From Octopus vulgaris (Eukaryota), in the NCBI GenBank assembly GCA_951406725.2, contig OX597818.1:806001-870000 (forward strand): a stretch of DNA of 64,000 nt. Direction: 5' to 3'. The notes beneath the pieces are model-generated. The model did not search any database, was not told the DNA's origin, and worked only from the letters and a program-made list of their open reading frames with translations. This document shows, piece after piece, positions 12,002 to 25,285 of the stretch. Position 1 is the stretch's first letter, and each line of letters begins with the position of its first letter. A program made the position numbers and the translations under genes.

Positions 12002-12941
12002 CATCATCATCATCATCATTTAGCGTCTGCTTTCCATGCTAGCATGGGTTGGATGGTTCAACTATGGTCTGTGAAGCCAGAAGGCTGCATCAGGCCGTCT
12101 GATCTGGTAGTGTTTCTACGGCTGGATGCCCTTCCTAACGCCAACCACTCTGTGAGTGTAGTGGGTACTTTTTACGTGCCACCTGCACAGGTGCCAGACG
12201 GAGCTGGCAAATGGCCACGGACGGATGGTGCTTTTTACGTACCACTGGCACGGGGCCAGGCAAGGCTGGCAACGGCCACGATCGGATGGTGCTTTTTACG
12301 TGCCACCAGCATGGGGGCCAGGCGAGGCTGGCAACGGCCATGAACGGATGGTGCTACGTGCCACCAGCACGGGGGCCAGGCGAGGCTGGCAACAGACACG
12401 AACGGATGGTGCTTTTACGTGCCACCAGCACGGAGGCCAGTCGGGGCGGCACTGGCAACGGCCACAATCGGATGATTTGCTTACTTGTCACCGGCACTGG
12501 TACCACAGCTGTAATTTCCATTGATGTTGATCGACTTCGATTTTGGTTCTGCTTTCTGATATCTAATTTGATTTGGTTTGATTTTGATTTTGATTTTGAT
12601 TTTCACTTGCCTCAACGCGTCTTCACAAGTGGAGTTTTGTGTCCCAAGAAGGAAAGGTATGTAGGCCACAGGTTATGTTCTCATTAGTCTTGCCGGGTCT
12701 TCTCACGCACAGTATACTTCCATAGGTCTCGGTCTCTAGTCATTTCCTTGGTGAGACCTAAAGTTCGAAGGTCGTGCTTCACCACCTGGTCCCAGGTTTT
12801 CCTGGGTCTACCTCTTCCACAGGTTCCCTCAACTGCCAGGGTATGGCACTTTTGCACACAACTATCTTCAGCCATTCGTGTCACATGACCATACCAGCGC
12901 AAACGTCTCTCTTGCACACCACAACTGATGCTTCTTAGGTC
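11999..12941 (-). mobile_element. RTE LINE 3' fragment (ORF2 C-terminus, repeat-containing 3' UTR, (GAT)n tail)
   Basis: RRLRWYGHV...GRGRPRKTW in ORF 12684..13013. Tandem ~58-bp cggatggtgctttttacgtgccacc units. (CAT)n at 11999-12019. Confidence 0.93.
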
Positions 12942-13009
12942 AGTTGTGGTATATATAAATATAAATATATATAAATATATGTGGTATATATAAATATATA
13001 CACACATAT

Positions 13010-13163
13010 ACAATGAACTTCTTTCAGTTTCCCCTTACCAAATCCACTCACAAGGCTTTGGCTGGCTTGGGGATAAAGTGGAATACACTTGCCCAAGGTG
13101 CCACGGAGTGGAACTGAGCCCCAAACCATGTGGTTGGGAAATAAACTTATCCACACAACCATG

Positions 13164-13170
<7 letters not shown>
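13010..13170 (-). mobile_element. tRNA-derived SINE with CORE-like caccttgggcaagtg segment
   Basis: Related copies at ~14985-15135 (+), 24650-24817 (-), 32130-32270 (+), 54720-54830 (+) and 59215-59420 (-). Confidence 0.75.
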
Positions 13171-13235
<65 letters not shown>

Positions 13236-13238
13236 CAC

Positions 13239-14938
13239 AAGGGCTGTAGAGGCCCTATACAGAGAGGCCGTTAGTAAGGTTAGGATTGGCAATGAGTATA
13301 GTGAAGAATTCCAGGTAGAAGTAGGGGTCCACCAAGGTTCAGCCCTTTTATTCATCAGAGTCCGCCAGGCAATAGCAGAAGAATTCAAGACGGGTTGCCT
13401 CTGGGAGCTCCTCTATGCTGATGACCTGGCCCTCATAGCAGAATCACTACCGGTACTAGAAAAGAAATTTCAGGTCTGGAAGCAAGTTTTAGAATCAAAA
13501 GGCCTTAGAGTCAATGTAGTAAAGACTAAAGTTATAGTAAGTAGAAGGGTGAACACATCATACACCCCTTCAGGTAGGTGGCCCTGTTGATCTGTAGAAA
13601 AAGTGTAGGTAGAAACTCCATAAGATGTACCCAGTGTAAGCTATGGACACATAAGAGGTGCAGCAACTACAAAGGAAAATTAACCAAGAAGATAGCTTTC
13701 ATGTGCGGCAGATGCACAGGGGCAATAGACACCACAGATACTTAGAAAACAGATTCCATCACACTCCAAGGAGAAAAACTAGAAGTAGTTGATAGTTTCC
13801 GCTACCTAGGTGACTAAGTTAGTAGTGGAGGTGGATGCACAGAGAGTGTGACCACTTGAATATGAATAGCCTGGGCAAAGTTTAGAAAGCTTCTACCCCT
13901 ACTGGTGACAAAGGGCCTCTCGCTCAGAGTGAAAGGTAGATTATATGATGTATGTGTGCAAACTGCCATGCTTCATGGTAGAGAAACATGGGCTGTGACT
14001 GCAAGGAACATATATAGGCTTGAAAGAAATGAAGCTAGCATGATCTGCTGGATGTGTAATGTCAGTGTGCACACACGACAGAGTAGAAGTGCCCCGAGAG
14101 AAATGCTGGACATAAGAAGCATCAGATGTGGTGTGCAAGAGAGATGTTTGCGCTGGTATGGTCATGTACTGCGGATGGATGAGGAGAGATGTGTGAAGAA
14201 GTGCCACTCCCAAACAGTTGAAGGAATCCGGGGTAGAGGTAGACCCAGGAAGACATGGGATGAGGTGGTCAAGCATGACCTTCGAATGTTGGGCCTCACA
14301 GAGGCAATGATAAAAGACCGAGATCTCTGGAGATATGCTGTGACTGTGAAGACCCGACAAATAACGTGAATTCATGGCTGTTTCCTGCACCAGCAAATAA
14401 CGTGAGTTCATGGCTGTTTCCTGGACCAGCAAATAACGTGAGTTCATGGCTGTTTCCTGGACCAGCTTCACATAGCAGCCCCAGCCCATCCAAAGTACCT
14501 TGGATTGCAGGACGTTTGCTGTGCTTACCTTGGATTGTAGGGCGATCTGCTGTGCTTGAGTCATGTACATCAAAATCAAATAGAAATCAAATAGAAGTTG
14601 TACCTGTGATACCTGTGCCGGTGGCACATAAAAAACACCATCTGAAAGTGGCCGATGCCAGTGCGCTTTGACTGGCTTCCATGCTGGTGGCACGTAAACA
14701 GCACCAACCAACCGTGGCCGTTGCCAGCCTCCCCTGGAACCTGTGCCGGTGGAATGTAAAAAGCACTCACTACACTCACGGAGTGGTTGGCTTTAGGAAG
14801 GGCATCCAGCTGTAGAAATACTGCCAGATCAGACTGGAACCTGGTGCGGCCTCCTGGCTTCCCAGACACCAGTTGAACCGTCCAACCCACGATGGCATGG
14901 AAAACGGACGTTAAACGATGATAATGAGGATGATGATT
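13239..14938 (+). mobile_element. RTE LINE, 5'-truncated, second subfamily
   Basis: GVHQGS, WELLYADDLAL, frameshifted PHD-like finger, FRYLG, WYGHVLRM, GRGRPRKTW. 3' UTR ends ggacgttaaacgatgat. Confidence 0.94.
14358..14465 (+). repeat. 3 x 36-bp tandem repeat spanning the RTE stop codon
   Basis: caaataacgtgagttcatggctgtttcctggaccag at 14358, 14394 and 14430. Confidence 0.95.
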
Positions 14939-14984
14939 GATATATACACACACATACCCCCAGACACACACAATAGGTACTGGT

Positions 14985-15375
14985 GCAGGAGCAGCCATGC
15001 AGAAAGAAACTTGCTTCCCAGCAACATGGTTTTGGGTTCCAACTGTATTGGGCCCAGGGCAAATGTCTTCTACTATAGCCATGGGCCAACCAAGGCCTTG
15101 TGAATGGATTTGGTAGATGGAAACTGGAAGAAAGTGTGTGTATTATTGCTTCCTGGCCTCAACTTCACACAATAGTTGTAGACAAGTATCATCATGTCAA
15201 TCATTTTTAATCTTCTGTGTGAATTTGTCTGGTCATGGAGAAATATTACTTGCTTGAGATCTGGTGAGAGTTAGAGACAGGAAGGGCATCCAACCATAGA
15301 AAAATCCACATCAACAAATTCTGCCTGACTTACGCAAGCACAAAAAAGTGGACATTAAAGCAATGATGATGATGC
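14985..15375 (+). mobile_element. Near full-length SINE with an RTE-like 3' tail
   Basis: Head and CORE-like part (ttgggcaaatgtcttctactatagcc-type), then ggaagggcatccaacc...gtggacattaaagcaatgatgatgatg. Confidence 0.75.
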
Positions 15376-17969
15376 ACTCTCTCTCTCATACACACAAACG
15401 GACACACACAATCACATACACACACGGACACACACACATTCAGGGAAAGTGAGAGGGACTAGAATTCTTCTTGCCATCAAAATAATCCAAAGAGAAAAGT
15501 TGTAATAATTCCATGTAAGCTTAATATTTTAAGTTAATAGACAAAACCTTGATTATTGGGATACCAGAAATGAGAACAAATTGTTTAATGTATTTAATCT
15601 GATTTCTGGAAAATTAGGTTTTGAATGTAAGGAAATTTTTTATTTTAATTAAATTTGGTTTTTATAAAGAACTTTCACAATACCCAGCCATTAAGATGTC
15701 AGCCAGTAATTAACACCCTGCATATGTCATTGTAAAAAGAGACTTTTTATGACATAGTTACACCCAGATCACAAATTAATTCAGTGTTTTTTATTGTACA
15801 GGGCAAGATAAAGAATTTCACTGGATGTTTTCTCTCTATTACAAAGAGCTTAGGATTTTGTGGCATTTAAGGACATGTTGTTACTTACCCAACACTATAT
15901 GGTATCTAGGTGTTGGAGCACAAAGATATCTTCTTTGTCATGATTTTCAGCATTACTATAGAGTCTTTACCTTTGCATAGATGCTGAGTATGGCTGATTG
16001 CATGCAGCTGTCTACATCTAACATCACAATGAAGAAATCAAAGAACACTTCCTTATCATTTTTTCATATAGGGCTCCATTTTCTACCACCATTTGGTATT
16101 GGTCTTTAATGAAATCAGACAACTAAATGTCCAACCTTATTTTCTCACCCTCCACTATAAAAGGTTATGGTCAACTTTGTCATATCTTTAGAGAAATCAA
16201 AATATACATAGCTAATTCTTGATTCAAACAATTAAATTCTTTAGTATTTAATTATATTGATGTACCATGAAGCTTCTTATGGGTACTATTTCCTCTGAAA
16301 TGTATGCACAAGTTATGCAACAAATGTAGCAAGTGCACAGAAGTTAGTTGCTTAAAATAATGTCATTAGTGATAATTTTATGCATTCACAGTGAAGATAC
16401 TTTTGTTATTAGAGAAAACATAGCACAAACATAAGACTTCTGTGCACATTGACCCCTAAAAATTATAGGGAACTTTGCTTTCACAATAGAAACCATGCTA
16501 GGCATTATTGAAACAGTTGTACTCTGTTTAGTATGATTGAGCTTCATTTTTCTCATTAGTTGATCTGAATGACAATGGTACCATGCAGGAGAGGTCACAT
16601 CGACTTACAAATATTTCTTTACCACCCATATTATAACTAAAGTGATTTTATAAAAATATCGACCATATCTGTGAATCATCTAGCATACACATATGTTCCT
16701 TATAAGTTTTGTAAATAAATATTACTTATGTGATATTTTGCTTCATTATGTAACAAAATGGAAAAAAACCGGCAAACACATGAATTAATCTAGTGTCAAC
16801 ATGGAAATTGTTTTTATAATCAGCAAGATAAAGAATTACCTAAAATATACAAAAAGCAAAATTTTTAAAGCTTCTATTTTTAGTAAAAGACAAGTTAACA
16901 TTAAAATTACACACACACACAGACATATATATATATAATAATAAGTATCTATCTATCTATATATGTGAAGAAAGAGAGGGAGAAATGGCGAAGAGAGAAA
17001 GAGATTAAGACACACACATGTATGTATGTATGTATGTATGTATGTATGTATGTATGTATGCATGCATGTATGCATGTACTTATGTATGTGTGTGTGTATG
17101 TATATATATATATATATATACACATATATATCACATATATAATACTAACTCATATATATATATATACACATGCATCTACAGACACTACTCACCACATGCA
17201 CACACACACACACGTATGTATAACTTGTTTGTTTAATGGGAACATCTGCAATGAATTTGAACATTGCTGTGACTATAGGTGGAGGAGTGCGACCAGTCCC
17301 ATCTGTAACAAATGACAAAAATAACATTGGCTATGCAAATAGCTTTCTGTAAAATATCCTGACACTATAATGAAAGTAAGTCAAATATTGTTAATTGAAA
17401 TTAAATGAGCATGTGTGTTTAGAGAAAATTGTTGGTGTCTGCATTTAACAGAGAATGTTAGCTGGAAGTGTTATGAAAGATTCCAGCTAAATTCTGATTA
17501 TTTTTGGAACAAAGCTGCAGTTTGTCATGTAATCTTCCACAAATATATTTTTAATATTAAAATATGTCTAGGGCAGCTTGGAACCAGTGGTATGGGTTTG
17601 GTTTGTAGTGTCTAAGTTTCAGTTGTTGGTGTTGGAGAAGGCTAGGGAAGAATGAAGGGTAGTATCATCTGCATGAGGGTGGGAATTGTTGCACATAACA
17701 GTTTGTAGGTTATTGATGTGTAAAAGAAAGAACATAAAGAGACAAAACCAAATCCTGGGGCAAACTGCAATTCATAGAATGAAGGATAGAAACTGTTCTG
17801 TTGAAACATGTAATGATCAGATCAAAAAACGAGAGATTTGTCTGTCTGACATGATCAATAGTGTCAAGGGCAACTACATTGCTTTCACCAAATTTTTCCA
17901 AGCCTGGTAGTATTTAGTTATGCCTCTTTCTTTTCTGAGGTTAAATTATACGAAGCTCAGTTTTGCCTT

Positions 17970-18187
17970 TGTTGTGTGGATACTCCCAGACAATAAGTAG
18001 GCTCATCCAATACGTATAAATAGTGGATGTGATAGCTAGTCGTAGAAGTATTGCGTAGAGTGAGCTGGAGCCGTTGGTAGACTAGATATTGAGTTCTGTT
18101 GAGTTGAGTTGTCAGAAGTGAGAGCTCGATAGTTGAGTAGAAGTACATTATTGTTGAAGGCATGCCATATGAATGTGCGATATAACA
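17970..18187 (+). repeat. 5' LTR
   Basis: tgttgtgtgga...gcgatataaca, colinear with 22128-22345. Confidence 0.97.
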
Positions 18188-18229
18188 GTGGCAACGAAGT
18201 TTCGAATAGTACTGAAATGGAAGGGTTAC

Positions 18230-21200
18230 TGAAAACAGTTGTCTAACAACAAGAGCAGCAACAGAATTAACTACAGATATTAACAGAATTGTTACTGCAG
18301 TCGAGAAATACGACAATCATTTTCAGTGGATGGTGTTGCAAATTCCATTGAAGAATTTCACTACAAACTGGATGAAGGAATTACTTTTACTGCATATTAC
18401 AGACAATACGAAGAGATATTCCGAGAGGAATGCAAGGGATGGTGTAGTAAAAGGAAGGTAAGACTTCTTTTGCAAAAGCTTGTCCCTCTGGAACATGAAT
18501 ATTTTTGTAACTTTATTTTGCCAAGAAAGCCTGCGGAATTGTTTTGATGAAACAATAAATATTTTGACTAATATCTTTAGCAAGTAAAGTTCACAGTTTA
18601 ACATTCGGTGGGAATATTTAAATTTTAAAAAAATGAGTCTGACGATTTTGTAACATATGGTTAATAAGGCTTGCAAAAGGTTTAAGCTGAAAGAATTAAT
18701 GCCAGATAAGTTCAAGTGCCTAATATTCATTAAAGGGCTGGTGGCAATGGAAGACGCAGAAATTAGAAAAAGAATATTATCAAAGCTGAATCAAGATGCA
18801 GAAAGTGGCTGAGGAATGCCAACAAATAATAAACTTTCGAGATGATACAAGAAAAATAGAAGACAATAATAAGAATGTACAAATGTGTAAAGAAAGTACA
18901 GATAGAAAATATATAAATTCAAAATGGTGCTATGGTTGTGGAGACTGACATTTGAGGAAAGATTGCCCCTTCAAAGATAAAACATATTTTAAGTGTGGTA
19001 AAATTGGGCATATACAGATGAAATGCCGGTTGAAGAAAATTGTAAAAGTGAAGAAAGTAAATTGAAAATTTGTGTTGGTAGAAATAAATGGGTTTCAGAC
19101 CAAAATGCAATTAGATACCGGTTCAGATGTATTGATAATAAATATGGCAACATGGAGTAAGATAGGCAGGCCGGTGGATAAAAAACTACTAGGATAGCTC
19201 ATGGTGTGTCAGGGGAACAAGTTCAATTCTTGGGCGAAATTTCACCAGAAATAAAACTTAAAAACATGACACGGAAAAGTAAACTAATGGTATCTAAGAA
19301 TACAATGAATCTATTCGGGACAGATTTAATGGAAGAATTCGACCTGTAGGATCTACCACTGGATACACTATGTAATAAGGTGAATGTGTCATAGTCCATG
19401 TCGAAGAAAGCATCGGAAAAATTGAAATTAAAATTGAAAAAGATGTACCCTGATGTGTTTTTGAAAGAACCCGGTACGTGTAAAAAAATCAAAGTAAAGT
19501 TTGAGCTGAAAGAAAATGCGGTGCAGGTGTTCAAACCGAAATGGAATGTACCTTTTGTGGCATTAAATCAAGTTGAGAAGGAATTAAAAAGATTGGAAGA
19601 CATGGAGGTAATTAAAAATGTGGGTGGCTCCTACAGTATATATGAAAAAGAAGAACAATGAAATAAGAATATGTGTGGACTTCTCAACTGGTCTTAATGA
19701 TTGCTTAAAAAATTACAATTATCCGCTTCCAAACCCATAAGAAATGGTGGGAAAATTTTTTCCAAGTTGGATTTGTCAGAGGCCTACCTCCAATTACTGG
19801 TAGATGAAGAATGTGCTAAAGTATTAACAATCAATACTCATAAAGGTCTCTACCATTTCAAAAGACTGCCATTTGGGATTAATGTTGCACCAGCAATATT
19901 TCAGCAAGTGATGGATACTATACTAGCAGATTGTGAGTTCGTAGTCCCATACTTAGATGACATGTTGATCAAAAGTGAATCGAGGGACCAACATATTGAA
20001 CATATAGAAGAGGTTTCCAAATGAACATGTGATTATGGGTTTAAAGTAAAGGAGGATAAATGTGAATTTTCTTGACAAAAATAAAGTACTTAGGACAGGT
20101 GATCAATGAAAAGGGATAAAAACTGGACCCTTCTAGGATCAATGCAATAAAATAAATGCCTGCTCCCACTAACAAAACAACACTACAAGCATTTTTAGGT
20201 CTGGTAAGTTGTACATACCTAAAATGCATGAACAAGTTGCTAAAGAAGGACTTGAAATGGGATTGGACAAATGAATGTCAGAAAGCATTCGAGGAATTAA
20301 AAAAGCAGTTAACATCAGAGTTATCATTAACTCATTTCGACCCAAACCTGAAAATAATTGTGGCATTGGATGCCGGTGAATATGGAATAGGAGCTGTGAT
20401 ATTGCATAAATTTAATGATGGTAAAATCAAAGCTATTGCACATGCATCGAGAGTTTTATTACCAGTGGAAAGAAACTACAGCCAGATTGAAAAAGAGGCA
20501 TTATCATTAATCTTCGCAACAGATCATCGACCATTACTGTCTATTTTCGGTTCGTAAAAGGGTATCCCCACACACTCAGCAAACCACTTACAGCACTGGG
20601 GGGACTATCCTGTTGAACTATGATTTCCAGCTGGAGTTTTTACCATCAATGAAAATGGGACACACTGATGAGTTGTCTAGGCTAATTCCAAAATATGAGG
20701 AACCTTTTGAAGACATGGTGATTGTATCATTAAAACTAGAAATGGAACTGAAGAACATTTTGTGCAATGTAGTACATGATCTGCTGGTAACGCTGGAACA
20801 AATTAAATTGGAATCAGGAAAAGATAGGTTCATAAACAAGATTAAAAAAATGTTGAGTAACACAAAAAATATAAATGAGCAGGACGCAAGTTCAAAGCAC
20901 TATTCAGTATGCGATAAGGTATTATTATATGCACAAAGTGTGGTAATACATGAAGTGCTGCAATACAGAGTATTAAAAGACTCCCATTTAGGATGTCCAG
21001 GGATTGTTCGGATGAAGAGCCTCATGAGGAGTTACGTTTTTGGCCAAATATGGACAAGCAAATTGAGAGACTGGTAAAACAGTGTAGGGGATGCACTATG
21101 GCAGCAAAGGTGCCCCGAGTGCAGATTCAACCGTGGCCAAAAATGGATTTGGCATGGTCAAGACTGCATGTGGATTTCGCAGGACCAATAAATGGCTCTC

Positions 21201-22060
21201 ATTATATCATCATGGTGGATAGCTATTCCAAATGGCCTGAAGTGTGTAAATGTTCAAGGCCAACCACAAATGTGACGATTGACTTCTTGGAAGAATTATT
21301 TGCTCGTTATGGGGTGTCAGATACAATTGTGACAAATTGTACAATTCACAGCGAAGGAGTTTGAAAGATTCTGTAAGTCGGTTCAAATAAAGCATGTTTT
21401 AACTCTGCTATATCATCCAAGGTCAAATGGGTTAGTGGAAAGATTCATCGACAAAATAAAGCATGTTTTAACTCTGCTATATCATCCAAGGTCAAATGGG
21501 TTAGTGGAAAGATTCATCGACACATTCAAGAGAGCTTTAAGAAAGACCAGGCAGGAAACCCTTGAAGATACAAGGATGACAAAGTTTTTGCTGGTGTTTA
21601 GAATAACACTGAATCCAAATGCAGAGTTGGGTAGGTCACCCACAGATTTAATGTTTTCCAGAAAAATTCATTCTACTTTTGATAAATTGTTGCTGAGTAG
21701 GAAGCAGAAAATATAAAATTCAGGAAGAAGAACGAAATTTTTTAATACAGGTGACAAAGTGTATTTTAAAATATATAGTAACGGAAAACAGGACTGGAAA
21801 CAAGGAAGTATAACTGGACGTCTAGGTAACGTGATGTACATGGTAAAAGGACCAAAATATGAACACAGAAGGCATATAAACCAATTAAAAAAAAGATATA
21901 CCAAAAATTAAGAGAGGCGAGAGGAACCAATGGACATATGGTATGATTTGTTCGAGGTCCCAGAACCACAAGCAGAAGCAGAACCAACATGTAGGTCAAA
22001 CAGGAAGAGAAAACTTACAGAAATGATGGAAATTAATACTAAGAGAAAAAGGTATGCCAG
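18230..22060 (+). pseudogene. gag-pol of the gypsy element, many stops and frameshifts
   Basis: ORF fragments at 18326, 19398, 19701, 20156, 20613, 20993 and 21435 carry gag, RT, RNase H and integrase motifs. Confidence 0.93.
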
Positions 22061-22127
22061 TTTCTCACCAAGGAAATAAAATTGATAAATTCAAGTTCAG
22101 AAAAAAAACCCTCTCAAAAGGGGGAGG

Positions 22128-22345
22128 TGTTGTGTGGATGCCCCCAGGCGATAAGTAGGCTAGTTTAATATGTAGAGATAGTGGATGTGATAGCTAGTTG
22201 TAGAAGCGTTGCGTAGAGTGAGCCAGAGCCATCAGTAGACTAGATGTCGAGTTCTGTTCAGACGAGTTGTTGGAAGTGAGAATTCAGTAGTTGAGTAGAG
22301 GTATGTTATTGGCAAAGGCACACCATCCAAACATGCGATATAACA
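22128..22345 (+). repeat. 3' LTR
   Basis: Preceded by the PPT and followed by the TSD. Confidence 0.97.
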
Positions 22346-22470
22346 GCCTTCCATGTTTCCAGGGTCAATAAAATATAAAACACCAGTTGATTATTGGGAA
22401 CTATCTAATTGGTTATATCCAGAGCCCTAAATGTTGAGCCTTGAACCAAAGTTAGAAATCATGATAATAA
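22346..22470 (+). mobile_element. 3' half of a SINE split by the gypsy insertion (5' half at ~17900-17969)
   Basis: The joined flanks match the SINE at 34300-34510 (...tttgcctt|ccat...gggtcaataaaa...accagttg). Confidence 0.75.
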
Positions 22471-23919
22471 AGTCAACTGAGACAGTCATTCTTTCATGCC
22501 TTCATCTTTTTATTCTTTCCTTCCTTCCTTGTATGAAATCATAGAGCTATAAATAAACTTTCAACAAACTAAACCTGTGAACCAATTTCAGTTTCAAGTT
22601 GAAGCTAATTCACTTCATTTACGACTAAGAAAGGCCTAAATGTCATCACATAGTCTTATTCCTTTTTTGACTATAATCTGTGGCCGTGTTGCCTTGATAA
22701 CAAATCAGTATAGTCAATGTGTTCCTGTTGTTAGGGAATTAATCTTCATCTTACCAAGAACTGGAACAATCTTAACAACAAAATAGACATTAATGACTCA
22801 AGAAAGTGGTTCCATTTCTACACAAGGAAGCTTCTTCATGGGTGACTTTGCTAGAAACAACTGTGAGATCTCCTTAATATCACACATAACTGTCTTAAAA
22901 AAAGTGGGGAAGAGAATACATTACATAATGTTGTCTTAGATATAGCTATGTGCAGAAAAGTGGAGATAGTCATGGTTGGAATATTTAATCAGGGCTGATG
23001 TAGGGTTAAACAATAACAACTCTAGAGTAGTAAATAACAAGTTCAACACTTAGAATATTGGGAGTTTAATCTTGCTTTATTTGATTGTTGCTGTTGTAAT
23101 TGTTGCAGAAGTTGTTTTTAGTACTATTTTTTGTTGTTGGTATTTTAGTCATTTTGATTGATGCTGTTGTTATTGTCATTGTTCAGCCCAGATCTTCTTT
23201 AATCAAAGGTGTTCCAACTATGACCAGTCCGTATTTTTGTATACCAGGTACAAATACAACCAAACATGTCCTTTCATTCTCAATGTCACCGAATGAGATT
23301 TGTGGGAAATATGGCTGCTATTCCTAGCAAGGTAACCACAAACAGACTCCTTATATTGATACACAGTGTGTGCATGTATGTCTGTCTGTCAGAATATATG
23401 TTTGTTTCTATCTGTTATATATGTATATGTTGCTGCGCAGACATTATTTCCCAATAAACAGCAATGCTTGACATTTCCAACAAAATAACCCAGTTTAAAA
23501 TATAGTTTAAATTGATTTAAACCAACAAAGGTCATCAACAGAAGTCAGCAATGAAATTGCTTGAAATAACAACCAAATCTTCCTCATATCACACTCTACA
23601 AGGAAGAGCGTTGTGAATAAAATTGTCCTAGATACACTATGTCTGATACTGCCACCACCACAATCACCAACACCACCATCGTCTCTCTCCACCATCAACA
23701 TCAACTCTGGTAGATTTATTATTATTATTATTATTATTATTGATTGAACCTGATCAGATGATATCAGACAGTGAAATATTAGTCTATATTACACAGCGTT
23801 GTCTTAATAGAAAATGTAGTACAGTATGGAATGGTTCAGAAATTTATATATACAACAAGAAAGAAAATATATTTAATGTATATACAAGCACATGCACATG
23901 GGCACATAGACATATACTC

Positions 23920-24041
<122 letters not shown>

Positions 24042-25147
24042 TCTCTCTCTCTCTCTCTCTCTCACACACATACACACACACATTTATATATTCATGTATA
24101 TAAAATGTCTGTAATGATTTGCTATATGAAAGCACTTTTAACTTTCCATGGTATCAGTTATTTATAGTTCTTCCTAAACAGCTATTGCTTGTTTGGAATC
24201 TTCAAAAAGGAAACTAGTGTTTAATGATTTTCTATTTATCTGATTTTTATCACAACTTCACTATTTGTCAACACATTTATTAATACAGTTTCATCTTCAA
24301 CATGATATAGAGTTAAAATTCAATAAACAAACGTTGATGCTTTTTTTCCCCTAAAGGTCTCATACTTATATAATTTTATTTTACCATAGTTGAAGAAAGT
24401 TGGAGAATTCTCAAACTTTGCAATATGTTTTCTACAGTTCTGTATCCATTCAGAAAAAAATTTATCATTCAACTGGAAGTAGAAAGGCAGCAATCATAAG
24501 AATGGTGAGAGAAGGGAAGGAAAGAACCAAAGACCACCTAGTCCAATATGGTGCAGCCACAGTGTGGGCTTTACTAAAAGTACCAATATGCCTGTGAGTG
24601 ATGTTAAACAAGGCAAAATATATAATCCAATCAAAAACAGCTTCAGAACACCCAACAAGCTTCCAGGCTATTTCCACCAAACCAATTTTCCCAATAGTCT
24701 TGGACTGACCCATGATTAAGGCAGAAGAAACCAGCTCCAGGTACTGTTCAGTGGGATCAAACATGGAATCAGAGAGCTTGGAAGAGAACTTTTTAACCAC
24801 AAAGCTATGCCTGCATCACTTATGAATCAGAGTTACAGAAACCTTATTGCTTGTTTGTGAAGCTCTAGCTGAAGATAGATTAAGGTAGCTGGTCAAACTG
24901 ATGAGTCATGAGTAAAAAACCAATTCATTGTAGTCTTGAATATATTTCATTCAATAATCCATATCTGCATGGAAGAAGATGACTAGTATAGAAAAGGACC
25001 AGAGTTAAGTACTGAGTATTAAAAACAGGGACCACATTAGCTATAATTAACTTGCATCATGACTAATTGGAGACTTGTTTCTTGTCTGCTTTTCATTATT
25101 TTATGGGAACCTAATAGACAGTTCATAACACAAAGAAGTAAGCAGTA

Positions 25148-25285
25148 AAATAGTCAGTGTTAAATGTGATGGTTCAGTGATAAATGTAATAATCAGTGAT
25201 AAATATAATGGTCAGTAATAAATGTAATGGTTGTGCAAAATATAATGGTCAAGACCCAATGTAATGGTCAGTGCTAAACGTAATG
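25148..25285 (+). repeat. Degenerate ~19-bp minisatellite
   Basis: Recurring taaatgtaatggtcagtga units. Confidence 0.8.

Larger units (their letters stand above)
17970..22345 (+). mobile_element. Complete, decayed Ty3/gypsy LTR retrotransposon (K02A2.6/Mag-like)
   Basis: TG...CA LTRs of 218 bp each. 5-bp TSD GCCTT (17965-17969, 22346-22350). PBS-like tggcaacgaag at 18189. PPT aaaagggggagg before 22128. Domain order gag (CCHC remnant), protease (LDTGS), RT (YLDD), RNase H (DAGEYGIG, NYSQIEKE), integrase (HVDFAGP, HPRSNGLVER). Confidence 0.97.

Noticed and set aside
15889-16017. Minus-strand exon candidate with TTAG acceptor and G|GTAAGT donor
   Set aside because: Stops in all three frames. 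It could only be non-coding and has no other support.
17145-17327. Good minus-strand acceptor (tttgttacag) followed by GTGRTPPPIVTAMFKF
   Set aside because: The frame runs into a microsatellite with no donor and no homology I can recognise.
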